A stretch of DNA of 64,000 bases from Dehalococcoidia bacterium (lineage in GTDB: Bacteria; Chloroflexota; Dehalococcoidia; SHYB01): positions 118,312-182,311 of the forward strand of contig OZ220075.1 of NCBI GenBank assembly GCA_964291475.2, read 5' to 3'. Below, piece after piece: positions 63,050-64,000 of the stretch. Position numbers and translations under genes: made by a program. Position 1 is the stretch's first letter; each line of letters starts with the position of its first letter. The notes under the pieces are model-generated. The model worked only from the letters and a program-made list of their open reading frames with translations, was not told the origin of the DNA and did not search any database.

Positions 63050-63667
63050 CTAGTCGGACTCTACGAGCTTGCCTGTATAGCCTGCCCTGAGGAATACGCC
63101 CCCACCGACCAATGCTGCTGCGATGGCGGGAAGCAGAAGTAGGGCGGCGTCGGTGAGCCCTACCGAAGAGAGGAGGATGAGAAGAACCACGAACACAGCA
63201 ACCGCCGTGCCAATCGATCCTCCTCTAATCCGATCCCTGGGACTCCAGTACTTCGTCTTCCTGAAGGCTTTGACCCTTTCGCTCTCCGTCGTCTTGCGAG
63301 TAACAGCCTTGAACCGCTCTTGGGGGATTACCGACGGCGGAATTCTCTTTCTAGTCGGAAGCAAAGACTTGTACCGCTGCCTGAACTCCGCATCGCTCTG
63401 AATCCCCTTTCGCTGATTGCAAGGGGGGCAGAGAAGCTGAAGATTCTCGTAGTCGTTGCTTCCGCCCATAACGACTGGGTCTATGTGGTCGATCTGAAAG
63501 TTGGCCTTCCTCTTTGGAGCTCCACAATACCTACACTTCCCATCTTGGTCCTTGAATAGCCTCGACCTGTACTTGTCAAGGCTCACCCGTTGCGTTGGCT
63601 TTATCTTCCTATCCCCCTGTCCGATGAAGAGAAGGAGTTCGATGTACAGATCGACGATCTTCAGCAT
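63050..63667 (-). CDS. HNH endonuclease-domain protein with C-terminal double transmembrane anchor
   Basis: ATG 63667 lies 5 nt after GGAGG (alternative ATG 63679). It has CRYCGAPKRKANFQIDHIDPVVMGGSNDYENLQLLCPPCNQRKG (HNH/His-Me finger with CxxC...CxxC). The C-terminus has GGSIGTAVAVFVVLLILLSSVGL and ALLLLPAIAAALVGGGVFL. The gene is visibly A/T-richer than its flanks. Confidence 0.8.
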   Translation of the reverse strand: MLKIVDLYIELLLFIGQGDRKIKPTQRVSLDKYRSRLFKDQDGKCRYCGAPKRKANFQIDHIDPVVMGGSNDYENLQLLCPPCNQRKGIQSDAEFRQRYKSLLPTRKRIPPSVIPQERFKAVTRKTTESERVKAFRKTKYWSPRDRIRGGSIGTAVAVFVVLLILLSSVGLTDAALLLLPAIAAALVGGGVFLRAGYTGKLVESD

Positions 63668-63725
63668 GGGCGCCTCCATTACTCAGACGGTGCCAGAGCC
63701 TCCGCCGGGCCGAACCTTACCGCCC

Positions 63726-64000
63726 CTAGAACTTCAGGCAGGTGCTGACCGCGTAGGCGTAGACCTTCCCCGCCTCATCCACGATCCGGGCCTCGGTGAC
63801 GCCCATGCGTTTGCCCGCGGAGACCACCTCGCCCTCGCAGCGGAGCGTCGTCATGCCGGCCAAGAGCGGCCGGATGTACTTGATCGTCAGGTCGGCGGTC
63901 GTCGAGCGCTCCCCCGGCTCGTGCGTCGAGAGGAAACAGAGCGCCGCCGCCGTGTCGAGCACCGAGGCCGTGTATCCGCCGTGCACCGTCCCCACCCGGT
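63726..64000 (-). CDS. PaaI/hot-dog-fold thioesterase-like protein (3' part; start beyond window end)
   Basis: The frame is open to the window edge. GTVHGGYTASVLDTAAA...LTIKYIRP...GEVVSAGKRMGVTEARI is typical of PaaI-type thioesterases. Confidence 0.7.
   Translation of the reverse strand, partial: RVGTVHGGYTASVLDTAAALCFLSTHEPGERSTTADLTIKYIRPLLAGMTTLRCEGEVVSAGKRMGVTEARIVDEAGKVYAYAVSTCLKF

Overview
High-G+C bacterial chromosomal segment with about 55 protein-coding genes and 2 tRNAs. I saw no rRNA, CRISPR array, transposase or integrase.

Housekeeping blocks:
- tRNA-Glu(CUC) and tRNA-Gln(CUG), an ORFan, secA, prs, valS
- sat, lgt, trxB, pcp
- an MFS transporter, a TusA-like gene and a NifS-like gene

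The rest is paralog-rich accessory catabolism:
- three peptide/opine-type ABC importer gene sets, none with an ATPase gene in cis
- three amidohydrolase-2 paralogs, an amidase, a tandem alpha/beta-hydrolase, a D-aminoacylase-like gene and an orphan HyuA-like gene
- an acyl-CoA cluster (DUF35 protein, thiolase-like protein, ACAD, DUF169, crotonase, MaoC)
- two sulfatase-fold paralogs, six PPOX-like split-barrel proteins and two RidA proteins
- eight family III CoA-transferase domains, arranged as three tandem fusions plus one split pair

Lineage cannot be established from the sequence alone. The gene content resembles paralog-rich marine or sponge Chloroflexota-like heterotrophs, but that is speculation.

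Most notable observations:
1. Fused and split two-class family III CoA-transferases recur next to PPOX-like and RidA genes. This is a candidate uncharacterised catabolic module.
2. A mosaic family of intergenic palindromic repeats culminates in a tandem array of about 5 x 150 bp at 61.9-62.65 kb.
3. The sulfatase-fold enzymes carry Thr at the formylglycine position and sit inside an ABC importer operon.
4. A collagen-like Gly-X-Y stalk and a 42-nt tandem-repeat stalk occur in two solute-binding lipoproteins.
5. Three A/T-richer islets hold an ORFan abutting a HerA-like ATPase, a membrane-anchored HNH nuclease and a small membrane protein.
6. At least seven genes, including essential valS, carry 1-nt indels, mostly in short C/G runs. 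There is also an in-frame TGA and a PLP-Lys to Met change. This points to either an error-prone assembly or real gene decay.

All family assignments are by-eye motif recognition. No searches were run.
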